Source of the DNA: Candidatus Latescibacterota bacterium
Lineage (GTDB): Bacteria > Krumholzibacteriota > Krumholzibacteriia > WVZY01
DNA: 64,000 bases
Reading direction: 5' to 3'
Assembly (NCBI GenBank): GCA_963791045.1
Contig: CAWBQK010000017.1
Location: 32,001 to 96,000, forward strand
A program made the position numbers and the translations under genes. This document shows, one piece after another, positions 31,297 to 41,429 of the stretch. Each line of letters begins with the position of its first letter. The stretch's first letter is position 1. The notes beneath the pieces were generated by a model. That model had not been told where the DNA came from and made no database searches. It saw only the letters and a list, made by a program, of their open reading frames with translations.

Positions 31297-32556
31297 CTAC
31301 TTGCCGACGATCAACATGCACTCGCTGGCCTCAAACGTCGTACCGTCACTGAGCATGCCGGTGAGTGTGAGCTCAATGACATCGCCGCGTGACAGGGGAC
31401 CCAGAGTGGCGACAATCGCCTGGGTCGAGAACTTCAATGTCAGGTCGGTGATGCCGTCTTCGTAGCCTTCCGCACACTCGCAATCCTCGGTGGTTTCTCC
31501 CGCGGGTCCGGCTACGTCCTCATGATTGGAACGAAGCGGGGACACGCCATTGATTTCGATCGAAGATACGTCGATATCGTCGATGTCCATGCCGTCACTT
31601 CCGAGGAGCGCCATTGGAAGCACGCCTTTGGATCTGGGATTCAACGGGTTGGGGCAGCCTCCAGGCTTGATCACGAGAGTCATTTCAGCGACTTCGGGGT
31701 CGCCACAGTCGCCGCCGCCCTGGCCGCAAACTGGCGCAAAACCCATGCCCTGGGGGGTTGTACCGGTGACGGGAATAATATTTGAGACGGCCGCGGTTGC
31801 GACGTCGATCTCAAACAGTTCGCCGCCGCTGTATTTCGCGGTACCGTAGAGGGTATTGCCGGTGGGGTCGAAAGCGATCGTGCCGATTATGCTTTGGCCA
31901 AGGGCAAGAGTGTCGATCTCCGTGAACGCGGCGGTCTCAATGTCGATAGTGCCGAAACGATTGGTTCCTCCCAACTCGGCGCCGTATAGAACGCCGGTCA
32001 CCGGGTGGAAATCAGCGCCACCAATGCGCACGCCTATATTGCCAATTTCCATGACCTCGCCGGTTGCCGGGTCGATTTCAACGAGCCTGGAGTCGGTACC
32101 GAAGAGCCGGTCGTCTGGATGGAACGCCAGGGCCATCAACTGTCCCTGCGATTCGAGTCCCGCATTCACCGCAGTACCAAGCCCCGTGCAGGGATCGACG
32201 GTGAGGAGGCGGCCATCGGGGACTGTGCTGTTGGGTTCTTCGCCTCTGTTTGAATTATTCCATACGTAGATTCCGCCGTTGCATGAACGGATCGCCATGG
32301 CTATGGGCGTTATAAATATATTTGGATCGGGATCCAATGGTCCGACGAGCGTTGACACGCCGGTTGCCGGATCCAGGATTGACAGGGCGTCGCCACTTGA
32401 ACTAACGCCGTAAAGAACATAGTCAACACTGGCGGAGACGGGCACCATGCCAGTGAAACCCGTTGAATTGTTCTGGGGTAAAGTCGTCGAATCCTGGCAG
32501 CCAAAAAGAAAAACGCCAACCAATGTGGCGATTAGAAAAAACCGGAGTACGTTCAT
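31297..32556 (-). CDS. Beta-propeller lipoprotein with an acidic C-terminal domain
   Basis: Lipobox LFGC; repeats (L/I)DP.TG and AF(H/D)P; C-terminal IKPGGCPNPLNPRSKGVLP..DGITDLTLKF. Confidence 0.75.
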   Translation of the reverse strand: MNVLRFFLIATLVGVFLFGCQDSTTLPQNNSTGFTGMVPVSASVDYVLYGVSSSGDALSILDPATGVSTLVGPLDPDPNIFITPIAMAIRSCNGGIYVWNNSNRGEEPNSTVPDGRLLTVDPCTGLGTAVNAGLESQGQLMALAFHPDDRLFGTDSRLVEIDPATGEVMEIGNIGVRIGGADFHPVTGVLYGAELGGTNRFGTIDIETAAFTEIDTLALGQSIIGTIAFDPTGNTLYGTAKYSGGELFEIDVATAAVSNIIPVTGTTPQGMGFAPVCGQGGGDCGDPEVAEMTLVIKPGGCPNPLNPRSKGVLPMALLGSDGMDIDDIDVSSIEINGVSPLRSNHEDVAGPAGETTEDCECAEGYEDGITDLTLKFSTQAIVATLGPLSRGDVIELTLTGMLSDGTTFEASECMLIVGK

Positions 32557-32704
32557 CGTGTTCCCCCCTGTGGTTGCTATGCGGTGCCTGCCCGCCGCTT
32601 CGTAGCAAGGAGCGGGAAAGAGCGTTAAGCATGTGGAATAGCACTGATTATAGCATGCCGACGGGGATTTTGCACGGTCTATCTATTGGCCGCCCGGTCG
32701 AGAA

Positions 32705-33295
32705 TCATCTCGAGAATGATCCGATCCTGGCCCACCATGCATTGACATCCATGGACTGTGCGAGTTGCCACAGCGATTTCGCGCTTTTTGTTTTCAGATG
32801 TTTGGGCGCCTTTGTCATAAAAAGCGCCGCGCCCTTGTGTCCGTGTTCGGTATATTCCTTTGCCTGGATGAGACACTCGAGGATGTCGCAGTCGCGGGCG
32901 ATGATGCTCTCGGGTGAGTCCTGCTGCCGGTAATCGCCCCGAATATCTGTCATCTCGTCTTTGATGACTTTGGGTAACGGATCCATCTGGTGTTCGAACG
33001 ATGCGTCCTCTGCCGCTTCCGCGTCGATATAGCGCTGGGCCATTTTGTGCAAATCGGTGATGCGCGCTTCGTGGATGTCGTTGAATAGCGTCATGAGTAA
33101 AACACGATAGACCGACACGTTTTCCATGTGTGCAATCATGTAGCCGATCACAGCACACCTGAAACTGTGATCCGCGACGCTTTCGGGGCTGTCGATCCCA
33201 AGGACCGACCATCCCGACCTTGGGACGCGTTTGAGTGCGCCCGCTTCGAGTATGAACTCGACGACGCTCTTGTTCTTTTGGTTCGATTCCGGCAT
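32705..33295 (-). CDS. HD-domain hydrolase (YfbR/HDDC2-like)
   Basis: LKRVPRSGW, ESVADHSF, NDIHEARITD (His of HD reads Asn), DCDILE. Confidence 0.85.
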   Translation of the reverse strand: MPESNQKNKSVVEFILEAGALKRVPRSGWSVLGIDSPESVADHSFRCAVIGYMIAHMENVSVYRVLLMTLFNDIHEARITDLHKMAQRYIDAEAAEDASFEHQMDPLPKVIKDEMTDIRGDYRQQDSPESIIARDCDILECLIQAKEYTEHGHKGAALFMTKAPKHLKTKSAKSLWQLAQSMDVNAWWARIGSFSR

Positions 33296-33311
33296 AAGGG
33301 CTCCCGCGTGT

Positions 33312-34043
33312 TTATTGTTTCTGTCTTGTTATCTCGTGGCAGAAGATTGCGCAGGCCATGCTGACATTGAACGAGAGCGGCGCTCCCCGCATCGGTATTC
33401 GCGCCTGGATGTCGATCCGTTTCTGGAGCCCCTTTCGGATTCCCGTGCCTTCGGAACCCAGAACCACGCCCAGGGGGAAAGGGAAGGACACCTTCGTAAT
33501 ATCGTCTCCTTCTTCGTCGACGACGGCGCCGGCAATCCAATATCCAAGCTGCTTTGCTTTATCGATTGCGGGTGCGAGGTTGTTTGTCGTCGCCACTGGG
33601 ACGTAATTCTCGCCGCCTGAGGCCACGTGAAGAACTGTTTCGTTGACCTGGCAAGCCTCGCGGCTCGGAATGATCAGCGAAAACCCGCCAAAGCATGCGG
33701 ACAACCGAATTATCACACCCAGGTTGTGGGGATCGTTCACTCTGTCGAGGAAAATTATCGTTCGTTTCTCATCAAGGGCGTTTTGTATGAGATCTTCTGT
33801 GGGCGTGTACTCGTACATGTCGACCTTGGCCACGATGCCCTGGAGGTCCTTTTGGGGTCGCATCTTGTCAAGATCGGAAGACGGAAGGCGCTCACAGGCC
33901 ACTCCGTTTTGCCTTATTGCCTTCTCAAACGAGGGAAGGGAGAGCCCTTCTCTCAAGTAGATTTGTCTGATCGATTCCGGGTGGGCTTTTAAACGCTCCG
34001 CGATGGAATTTTTTCCGTAAAGATAGATGTGGTTTTTTGCCAT
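33312..34043 (-). CDS. rlmB: SPOUT rRNA 2'-O-methyltransferase (RlmB/TrmH family)
   Basis: LDRVNDPHNLG, VLGSEGTGI, IPMRG..SFNVS. Confidence 0.85.
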   Translation of the reverse strand: MAKNHIYLYGKNSIAERLKAHPESIRQIYLREGLSLPSFEKAIRQNGVACERLPSSDLDKMRPQKDLQGIVAKVDMYEYTPTEDLIQNALDEKRTIIFLDRVNDPHNLGVIIRLSACFGGFSLIIPSREACQVNETVLHVASGGENYVPVATTNNLAPAIDKAKQLGYWIAGAVVDEEGDDITKVSFPFPLGVVLGSEGTGIRKGLQKRIDIQARIPMRGAPLSFNVSMACAIFCHEITRQKQ

Positions 34044-34251
34044 ATGTGTCCTTTCGCGATTATTGTATCACGTTTTATGGTTTGTGTCGTGCTGACGGAT
34101 GGCTGTGTAAAAAACGCATTCACAATGGGTTGTAATGCGGGCCGGTAAGGGTTCGATTTGGGCCGGGTAGCGGACGAGCCACTTGATTTCACTCGACCGA
34201 TCCTGTATATTGGCAACTCTTTCCAAAATCAGACATAACCGGGAGACAATA

Positions 34252-34734
34252 GTGGAACATTATTACTTTACAGAAAAAGGCTACCGAAAAATCAAGGACG
34301 AGATCGACAAGCTCGAGAAGTTTATCAAGCAGGATATTGCGAAGGAAATTGGGACGGCGCGCGAGCACGGCGACATCAAAGAAAATGCCGAATATCACGC
34401 TGCAAAAGACAAACAGGCGAATTATATGGCGAAGTTGGGCCAGCTTCAGCAGCGATTTTCGAGGGCGAGAATCGTGCGCAAGGAAGAACTGGCGCCTGAT
34501 GTCGTTACATTGGGCAAGCGCGTGGAAATAAGAGACGTTGATACTGATGAATTGAAAGTTTACACAATTCTCGGCGAGGGAGAGACGGACATTAGCAAGG
34601 GAATCATCAGCTATCAGTCGCCTATGGCGAAGGCGCTTCTGAGCCACAAGGAAGGCGACGTCGTGGAGGTTCAGCTACCCCGAGGTATTAAAAAATTCGA
34701 GGTCCTATCGGTTGTGTTCTTTGAAGACGAATAA
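34252..34734 (+). CDS. greA: Transcription elongation factor GreA
   Basis: AREHGDIKENAEYHAAK, ISYQSPMAKAL; GTG start after GGAG. Confidence 0.95.
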   Translation: MEHYYFTEKGYRKIKDEIDKLEKFIKQDIAKEIGTAREHGDIKENAEYHAAKDKQANYMAKLGQLQQRFSRARIVRKEELAPDVVTLGKRVEIRDVDTDELKVYTILGEGETDISKGIISYQSPMAKALLSHKEGDVVEVQLPRGIKKFEVLSVVFFEDE

Positions 34735-34770
34735 CATCCCCCCTGTGGCGCCGAACCGACGATAAACGAG

Positions 34771-34810
34771 AAAAAACCCCGGCTTGATTCGAAAACAAGC
34801 CGGGGTTTTT
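34771..34810. terminator. Bidirectional intrinsic terminator
   Basis: AAAAAACCCCGGCTTG...CAAGCCGGGGTTTTT. Confidence 0.85.
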
Positions 34811-34835
34811 GAATGTTCAGAATCAGGTCCGCGAC

Positions 34836-35342
34836 TTAAAAGAACGGCAAAACGACGCCGACATTTGCGCCGATTCCGCCCATATCCACGGATCCGCCAA
34901 TATCGTCATGCCCGTCGGCATCGAGAACAAGATAGCGGGCCTCCGCAAACGCACCCAACCCGAAGAGTGTAAACTCCGCTCCGGCAAGGATGGAAAAGCC
35001 GACAGTGTTTTTTGGCGAATAGTCACCGGACATTAAGTAATAGCCGAGACCGACGCCGCCGTAAAAGAGGCCGAGCTTAGCGCGGCCGACAGCCTCAAGC
35101 GGGAACATGTTGAGATCTCCCGCGTCTCCGTCGCTTCCATAGTTGAGCCACGATGCGCGGGCTTCAACGGCGACTATCGGGATGATCTGAAACTTGTGTT
35201 TGACGCCGAATCCGAAGCCGGAGTCTGCGTCTTTCGAATCCTGCCACTGCGCAAAGACACCGATCGCTTTCGCAGACGACACGCCGCCCGTCAGGACTCC
35301 GGCCATTATCATAACGGCCAACATAATTCGTAGGTTTTTCAA
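34836..35342 (-). CDS. Small outer-membrane beta-barrel protein
   Basis: Signal peptide, amphipathic Gly/aromatic beta strands, terminal Phe; TTG start after AAGGAG. Confidence 0.75.
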   Translation of the reverse strand: MKNLRIMLAVMIMAGVLTGGVSSAKAIGVFAQWQDSKDADSGFGFGVKHKFQIIPIVAVEARASWLNYGSDGDAGDLNMFPLEAVGRAKLGLFYGGVGLGYYLMSGDYSPKNTVGFSILAGAEFTLFGLGAFAEARYLVLDADGHDDIGGSVDMGGIGANVGVVLPFF

Positions 35343-35459
35343 AATCGATCTCCTTTTGTTACCGAAAGAGGACTATTCCGTGTTCGCCGAGCTAATACCA
35401 TTTGTGTCGGTTCGTCAAGTGTATTGAACCCTTACGAAGCCTGTGCGGCAAGACAAAAA

Positions 35460-36032
35460 TCACTCGAAATCAACCGCACCGCTCTCGAGGTGGTAGAACG
35501 CCGTGATGATCCGTACATCGTCGTGTTCAACGGCGTGTTTGATGATGTCAGACTCACTGGTCAACCTCTCGGCTGTGAGTCTGGCGTTGCGCCGGGCTGT
35601 GTCGTCGACATCCCCGCCGAAGGACGTGTCGATCGCCGCCTTTATGAGAGCGAGCAAATGATCCAGGTTGGCGCTGGGGGGAGGGCCTTCGAGCGCCGCC
35701 GTCACAGCTCCGCAGCTTTCGTGCGCGAGGACGACGACCAGTTTGGTCTTGAGGTGGGCGACGGCGTACTCAATGGTGGCAATTGTAGAAGTGTTGGCCA
35801 CATTGCCGGCCACCCGTATTACGAAGAGGTCGCCAATTCCCGTATCGAAAATGATTTCCGGCACGATCCGGCTGTCGGCGCAGCTCAGGATTGTCGCGAA
35901 CGGGAATTGTCCGTCAAGCAGCTCCCGCCGACGCGCCTCATCACGCCTCGCGGCTTTGATCCGGCCCGACTGGTTGCGTTTGTTTCCTTGTTTGAGCCTA
36001 TTGAGGGCCTCTTCCGCCGTCGGGACATCCAT
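35460..36032 (-). CDS. Beta-class carbonic anhydrase
   Basis: CADSR, GDLFVIRVAGN, HESCGAV zinc ligands. Confidence 0.93.
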   Translation of the reverse strand: MDVPTAEEALNRLKQGNKRNQSGRIKAARRDEARRRELLDGQFPFATILSCADSRIVPEIIFDTGIGDLFVIRVAGNVANTSTIATIEYAVAHLKTKLVVVLAHESCGAVTAALEGPPPSANLDHLLALIKAAIDTSFGGDVDDTARRNARLTAERLTSESDIIKHAVEHDDVRIITAFYHLESGAVDFE

Positions 36033-36198
36033 GTCGCTGCACCCCTTGTTGATTTCGTGTTTGATTGCTCAAGATTCAATCTTATCAGGAGCTGAGTGGG
36101 ATGACAGGTGTTTTTTACAATGGATTGACACACAACCGGCAATTTTGGTAAAAGTCGAACAAGAGTCGTCAAACAAAGCCCAGCAGAAAGGACTCGAT

Positions 36199-36732
36199 AT
36201 GAAGGTTGTTTATTTTGTTTTATTGGCGATCGTTGTGGTCATCGCCTGCGCCCCTCCTGGTGTGTCAGCGCAGGAGACCAAGCCGATCAATCTCGCCCTG
36301 TGGGATCCCGTCCAGATTTACAACCACGATTACGTCATTCACGGTCTCCGTCTGAACATCTATGGGAATAATGCGGGTCTCAAAGGCGTGGATATCGGCA
36401 TCGCCAACTGGATCACAGGTGATGTCACGGGTATCCAATGGGGATTTGTCAACAAAACTGCCGGTAACTTTACCGGCTGGCAAAGTGCTCCCATCCAGAT
36501 GGTCGAGGGACACATGGCGGGGCTGCAGACGTCATGGCTGGTGTCGATGAACGGTAGCGGAGAGGGTCTGCAATGGGGTGGGGTGACGATTTCGGACGAT
36601 TTTACGGGAGTGCAAATCGGTATCGTGAACTATGCGATCGAGTTTCACGGTATCCAACTGGGTTTGATCAATATCATCAAAAAGGGTGGAATGCTACCGG
36701 TGTTCCCGTTTTTCAACTTCAGCTTTGACTAG
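36199..36732 (+). CDS. Secreted/outer-membrane protein with GxQxGxxN repeats
   Basis: Signal peptide; GIQWGFVN, GLQWGGV, GVQIGIVN, GIQLGLIN; terminal FPFFNFSFD. Confidence 0.75.
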   Translation: MKVVYFVLLAIVVVIACAPPGVSAQETKPINLALWDPVQIYNHDYVIHGLRLNIYGNNAGLKGVDIGIANWITGDVTGIQWGFVNKTAGNFTGWQSAPIQMVEGHMAGLQTSWLVSMNGSGEGLQWGGVTISDDFTGVQIGIVNYAIEFHGIQLGLINIIKKGGMLPVFPFFNFSFD

Positions 36733-36754
36733 ACCTTGAACCGATACGATGAGT

Positions 36755-36795
36755 AAAGGAAAAGGGCATCCTCGATGAGGGCGCCCTTTTCCTTT
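36755..36795. terminator. Bidirectional intrinsic terminator
   Basis: AAAGGAAAAGGGC...GCCCTTTTCCTTT. Confidence 0.8.
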
Positions 36796-36818
36796 GCTGG
36801 TTTATGAGGCAGTGTTCG

Positions 36819-37232
36819 TTAGTGCTTTCCCGGAGCCAGCGCGACGCCCCGGCGTTCGTAAGTGATGTAGGCCTCGATCGCAACCAAATCGGGATCATCA
36901 AGAGCCAGTGGCGCCCCTTCGAGGGGTTGCTGAAGGCACCAGTTGATCATTTCGCGAAGGGCGATAACACGTCCGAGCTGCTGTTGGAATTTCGGATAGG
37001 TTTCCGGGTGTGTGTTGGCGGCATTGGGATGGCACTGCGCGCACGCGACGCCGTTCGTTCCAAGCTCTCCGCTCACCCATAACGCACGTCCTTTTTCCAC
37101 GACGCTCATGTATTCGGACTCCCACCGTTGCAGGTCTTCTTTCGAGAATTCATCGGCCTTTATTGCTACATCACCGGCGATAGCCAGGAATATAACGAGA
37201 AGCAACAAAGTGCCCAAGATCTTCAAAGACAT
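36819..37232 (-). CDS. Monoheme cytochrome c with a SoxA/TsdA-like domain
   Basis: Signal peptide, CAQCH, TYPKF..LREMINWC..PLEG. Confidence 0.8.
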   Translation of the reverse strand: MSLKILGTLLLLVIFLAIAGDVAIKADEFSKEDLQRWESEYMSVVEKGRALWVSGELGTNGVACAQCHPNAANTHPETYPKFQQQLGRVIALREMINWCLQQPLEGAPLALDDPDLVAIEAYITYERRGVALAPGKH

Positions 37233-37244
37233 TGCGTCCTCCTC

Positions 37245-38321
37245 TTAATAGTGAATTTGAGGCTCGATCCTCCCAGCCTCATCCTGGAATTCCTTGTCTT
37301 CCGGATGTCCCTTATCCGGATTGTAGGCGACGGTGCGGTTGGTGTTGCTGTAGAGGTTGTACTCCATAGTGACCCGGCCGTTTTTCATGTCGATGAACTG
37401 CCAGCCCGTCGCATCCCGCTCAAAGAACGGATCGGCCCGATTCATGGGCACGGTCAGTTTCGGCAGGTGACTCTCGGCCTGGGCATAACTCTGGGGATAC
37501 GGCCACGGCCATGCGGTCGCCATCACTGCGTGAAAGCTGATATTGTCGATCTGGTTGTACTGGACCTGGTGGACGTGACCGTATACGACCGTTACGTCGG
37601 GGAAGGGCTTGAGGAGCGCCTGGACCTGTTCAGCGTCTTCCGTCCAGAAATTCCATCCTTTGTAGATTTTCTGAATCGGTGAGTGCGAAAAGAGCACGAT
37701 GGGTGTGTTCTTTTTCACCTTTTCGAGGTCCTTGCGAAGCCATTCGCGCTGCGCGTCGCCCACCATGAATGGCGATCCGTTCGGGTTGTCGAGGCCCGCC
37801 ATTTCGAGCATTCTCTGTTTGGCAGACGGCCACCTGTTGTGCGTCCACTCGTCGTACGTGAGAACGCTGTTGAGCGTGATGAAATGAACGCCTTTGTGGT
37901 CAAAGCTGTAGTGCTGAGGCCCAAAGAGCTTGGACCAGTACTCTCCGAGGTCAAAATAGTAATCGTGTTCGCCCATGACGCAGTGGGTCTTGTAGTCGAG
38001 CTTGGAAAGAATTTCTGCTCCGTGATCGAGTTCTTCCTTCGTCCCGAGCTGGGCGAGGTCGCCCCCGAACATAACGAAGTCGGGTTTGGGAACGAGAAGG
38101 TTCGTCTCCGCGACGGCGCGGATCAGTCCGCGGTCCCAGTTGCGAACAAACTTGCTGCCCCCAATGTGCTGGATGTGCGCGTCGGAAATATACGCAAACA
38201 TGAAATTCTTGCGCGTGTCTGCGAACGCGAGCTCCACCATGCTTAACGGCAGGCAGCTCACGGCGGCGAACGCGCCGGTCGTCTTGAGAAATTCGCGGCG
38301 GTTCATCTTGTTCGTGGACAT
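37245..38321 (-). CDS. Tat-exported metallophosphoesterase
   Basis: NRREFLK signal; SDAH, GGD, GEHD, SH, GHVH metal motifs. Confidence 0.88.
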   Translation of the reverse strand: MSTNKMNRREFLKTTGAFAAVSCLPLSMVELAFADTRKNFMFAYISDAHIQHIGGSKFVRNWDRGLIRAVAETNLLVPKPDFVMFGGDLAQLGTKEELDHGAEILSKLDYKTHCVMGEHDYYFDLGEYWSKLFGPQHYSFDHKGVHFITLNSVLTYDEWTHNRWPSAKQRMLEMAGLDNPNGSPFMVGDAQREWLRKDLEKVKKNTPIVLFSHSPIQKIYKGWNFWTEDAEQVQALLKPFPDVTVVYGHVHQVQYNQIDNISFHAVMATAWPWPYPQSYAQAESHLPKLTVPMNRADPFFERDATGWQFIDMKNGRVTMEYNLYSNTNRTVAYNPDKGHPEDKEFQDEAGRIEPQIHY

Positions 38322-38332
38322 GTCTGCCTCCC

Positions 38333-39484
38333 TTACTTTGAATCGGAATTTGATTGGGCAAGGCCCTCGAATTCCGGACTTGTGAGTGCTTCCATAAACG
38401 CTACCAGAGCGTCGATCTCAGAGTCAGTGAGATTGAGCGGGCGGATACCTCCGCTCAAGAAATCATTGACGGGATCGCCCTCGTTGGTTACACCGCCATT
38501 GTTGTAATGGACGACGACTTCGCGAAGGGTTTTGATGCTTCCGTCGTGCATGTACGGAGCCGTGACGGCAATGTTGCGCAAGGTTGGTGTTTTGAAAGAG
38601 CCGAGATCGTCAAAGCCGCGTGTTACCGCGAAACGGCCGATCTCGGATGTTTTGGCATCGGAGAGCACCTTGAAGTCAACCTCTTTGAGCGTGTATGCCG
38701 CTTCGAGAAACGTACGGGCGAGTTCGGGGACTTCTTTCTGGATGTCGTTGATCCCAACACCAATGTTGTGAAACCGGTTGTCGGTAAAAAGAGCCTGCGT
38801 CTGTTCAATCCTGTGGCAGGATACGCACCGCCCTGTATTGACGAACAGGTCGAATCCCTGCTTCTGGAGCGAAGTCAGCGCGTCTTTATCTCCGCCGTAG
38901 AAAAACCGGTCGAATGCCGAGTTGCCGCTTATTTGAGTGCGTTCGAACGCGGCGATGGCCTTGGTTACTTCGTCCATCGTTATCGCGTCACCCGTTTTCC
39001 CGAACACCGCCTTGAATGCAGCCACATAATCGGGATCCGTTCGAACCACCTCGAGAATCGGTTGATGGTCCTTGAGGCCCATTTCAACTGGATTCAGAAA
39101 AGGGTGCAGGGCTTGATCTTCGAGACTGGGGGACCGCCCATCCCAAAACTGGGTCCGGAAATACAAAGCGTTGACCACGGTCGGGGCGTTTCGAGTGCCG
39201 GTGAGCTTGTTGATCCCTTCGGATACTTTCAGAGGACTGTCCGTGAAGGCTTTTTCAGCGTCGTGACACGTGGCGCAACTCACTTCGCCGTTGGAACTGA
39301 ATCTCTTATCGTGAAAGAGCTTGTCACCGAGCGCAATTTTTTCCGGAGTCTGGGGATTGTCCGGCGTGTCCGGCGGAGGGGGAAGTCCCAACGGGGGGGC
39401 TGTCGCGGCCTCCAAAGTAAGAACGGCGCCGAGCATGAAAACGAATACTCCGGCGAGAAACACACCAAAAAGAAATTTCTTCAT
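38333..39484 (-). CDS. Diheme cytochrome c peroxidase/MauG family protein
   Basis: LGDKLFHD, CATCH, RNAPT, QFWDGR, CVSCH, FKTPTLRNIAVTAPYMHDG, HYNNGG. Confidence 0.92.
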   Translation of the reverse strand: MKKFLFGVFLAGVFVFMLGAVLTLEAATAPPLGLPPPPDTPDNPQTPEKIALGDKLFHDKRFSSNGEVSCATCHDAEKAFTDSPLKVSEGINKLTGTRNAPTVVNALYFRTQFWDGRSPSLEDQALHPFLNPVEMGLKDHQPILEVVRTDPDYVAAFKAVFGKTGDAITMDEVTKAIAAFERTQISGNSAFDRFFYGGDKDALTSLQKQGFDLFVNTGRCVSCHRIEQTQALFTDNRFHNIGVGINDIQKEVPELARTFLEAAYTLKEVDFKVLSDAKTSEIGRFAVTRGFDDLGSFKTPTLRNIAVTAPYMHDGSIKTLREVVVHYNNGGVTNEGDPVNDFLSGGIRPLNLTDSEIDALVAFMEALTSPEFEGLAQSNSDSK

Positions 39485-39809
39485 GGCTCCTCCTGTTCGT
39501 CGCGGTCAAAGCGCTTGCTTGGGCGATTTATAGTGGGAAATGTGTAATATGGGATTGGTCGACCGGAATCGACCTGCGGGAAACGGGCTGTTGTGAAGTG
39601 TTCATTCATGGTCACAAAATCGACCAGGACAAGTTTTGGGAAAAGACTTAGGGTTTACGGTAAATGAGACAAACCCAGAATGTCAAGTAATTCGTTCATT
39701 CAATTCGATCTGGCTGGAGTCGGGAAAGAATAGTATGATCGGGTTTAGATATCGATTGGACACTGGTTGCGAGAAGTGTGTGCTGTTCACGATTTATGGT
39801 ACGGAGCAA

Positions 39810-40331
39810 ATGGTGAAGGCTTCGATGAAAAACGTAAATGTCACCGCGGGTCCGGGGTGGTCCGTTCTGGTGTGCGCTCTTCTCTTGTGTGTGGGCCTGG
39901 TTCGCCTGGTATCCTATTCCAGGGGCGCATTCTCCAATTTGGTGTGTGGGTCTGCGATCGGTTTTCTGTGTTACGACCCGGCATCTCTCCTCAACGCGCA
40001 ATTCTTCAAAATTGTATCAACACCTACGATAATCGCAGGTATTTACTTCTTTTTCAGATGGCGAAACGCGGGACGGCCCGGGGGAAGGTTTGATGAGAGA
40101 CTTGATTTTAAATCGCCGTTGCTGAGGGGCATCCTGACCACCACGATAACACTCCACTGGTTTGCGTTGGAGTGGTGGAAGTTCAATGCGGAGCATTTTT
40201 ATCCCTGGTCTCCGTTGGAAGGCCGATGGGTGAACGTCGCCGTCCTCGTGGCCAGTCAGCTGCTTGCATTTTGGGGTATGAAATATCTGTCGTTCGATCC
40301 GATCTTCCGGGGTAAACAAGGTCGCAAATAA
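39810..40331 (+). CDS. Hypothetical membrane protein
   Basis: About four hydrophobic segments; start uncertain (39810 or 39825). Confidence 0.55.
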   Translation: MVKASMKNVNVTAGPGWSVLVCALLLCVGLVRLVSYSRGAFSNLVCGSAIGFLCYDPASLLNAQFFKIVSTPTIIAGIYFFFRWRNAGRPGGRFDERLDFKSPLLRGILTTTITLHWFALEWWKFNAEHFYPWSPLEGRWVNVAVLVASQLLAFWGMKYLSFDPIFRGKQGRK

Positions 40332-40379
40332 GCAAAGTTTGAACTCCGCAGGCGAAGACGCTCACGGGAAGGATGTTCA

Positions 40380-41294
40380 ATGGCATTTCAGCAAATCACA
40401 AGAGATGGGCGTGGAGACGATCTATTGGAGTTGTTGCTTGTGTTTGCGGTGGCCACGATACTCTGCATTCGGGGTTTTCTGGCAATGACCGGCTATCCGC
40501 AGCTTGGCGGGGGCGGCCTTCACATTGCCCACATGTTGTGGGGCGGCTTGGCGATGCTGGCGTCGATCGCACTGTTGCTCAGTTTTTGGAACATCGCCAT
40601 GCGGCAACTGGCGGCTGCGATCGGTGGAATCGGGTTTGGTTTTTTTGTCGACGAATTGGGAAAATTCATCACTTCTGATAACAACTACTTTTTTCAACCA
40701 ACGATTGCGCTTCTCTATATAATGTTTATCCTCCTGTTTCTTTTGGTTCGAGTTCTGAGGACGCGACCGTTGAGCCTCCGTGAGATAGAAGCGAACGAGG
40801 GTATAATAGCCGCCATGTCGGGCGAAGACGAGGATTCAAACGTGTATCGTGTGTACACACGGATCCAGCAAGCATTATCCGGCGGATACCGATATCTCGT
40901 GACACGAAGGTGGTTCGCCCCTGGATTGAGCGCGCTGTTTTTAGCCGTTGCGATCGGGCAGGCCGTTACAATAGTTTCATACTTGACCGGTTCGGAGGAT
41001 TTGGGGGCCACACGCAATATCCCTTTGTTCGAGCAGGGAGCATCGGTTGTGAGCGTGTTGTTGATGCTGATGGGTGTGATGAGGCTGCCAAAGTCTCGGC
41101 TGTCCGCGTACCTGTGGTTCCAGCGTTCAACCTTGGTTACGATATTTGTAACGCAGGTGTTCATGTTCTACTATTCGGAGCTTGCGGCCCTCGGTGGTTT
41201 GCTGATTCATTTGTTGTTGTACGTCGCGCTTCGAATTTTGATTTCCCAAGAGGAAGGGATTTCCACGAGCACGCCGGGGGCGCGCCGGGATTGA
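40380..41294 (+). CDS. Conserved multi-pass membrane protein
   Basis: GYPQLGGGGLHIAHMLWGG, GIGFGFFVDELGKFIT; about 8 TM segments. Confidence 0.75.
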   Translation: MAFQQITRDGRGDDLLELLLVFAVATILCIRGFLAMTGYPQLGGGGLHIAHMLWGGLAMLASIALLLSFWNIAMRQLAAAIGGIGFGFFVDELGKFITSDNNYFFQPTIALLYIMFILLFLLVRVLRTRPLSLREIEANEGIIAAMSGEDEDSNVYRVYTRIQQALSGGYRYLVTRRWFAPGLSALFLAVAIGQAVTIVSYLTGSEDLGATRNIPLFEQGASVVSVLLMLMGVMRLPKSRLSAYLWFQRSTLVTIFVTQVFMFYYSELAALGGLLIHLLLYVALRILISQEEGISTSTPGARRD

Positions 41295-41429
41295 TTAGAG
41301 AGTCGGAAGTAATCCAGGATGTGTTGATGAGAGTTTAAGTGGCCACCAATATCGCAAATGGATTTGACCCCAGGTCTGAGGAGATAAATGTCACTAATGG
41401 CTGTCATTCATTGTGGATGATCGCCCCGC

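Noticed and set aside
35668-36198. 354-aa ORF starting at 35668
   Set aside because: Its first half is antisense to the carbonic anhydrase; the real gene starts at 36199 with an RBS and signal peptide.
38354-39547. Long antisense ORFs (also 1254-2225, 29486-30475, 41598-42575, 60426-61481)
   Set aside because: They are shadows of well-supported genes on the opposite strand in GC-rich sequence and have no motifs of their own.
39591-39617. TTGTGA...TCACAA inverted repeat upstream of the MauG-like operon as a CRP/FNR site
   Set aside because: The spacer is 15 nt rather than the canonical 6 (CRP) or 4 (FNR), and there is no other support.
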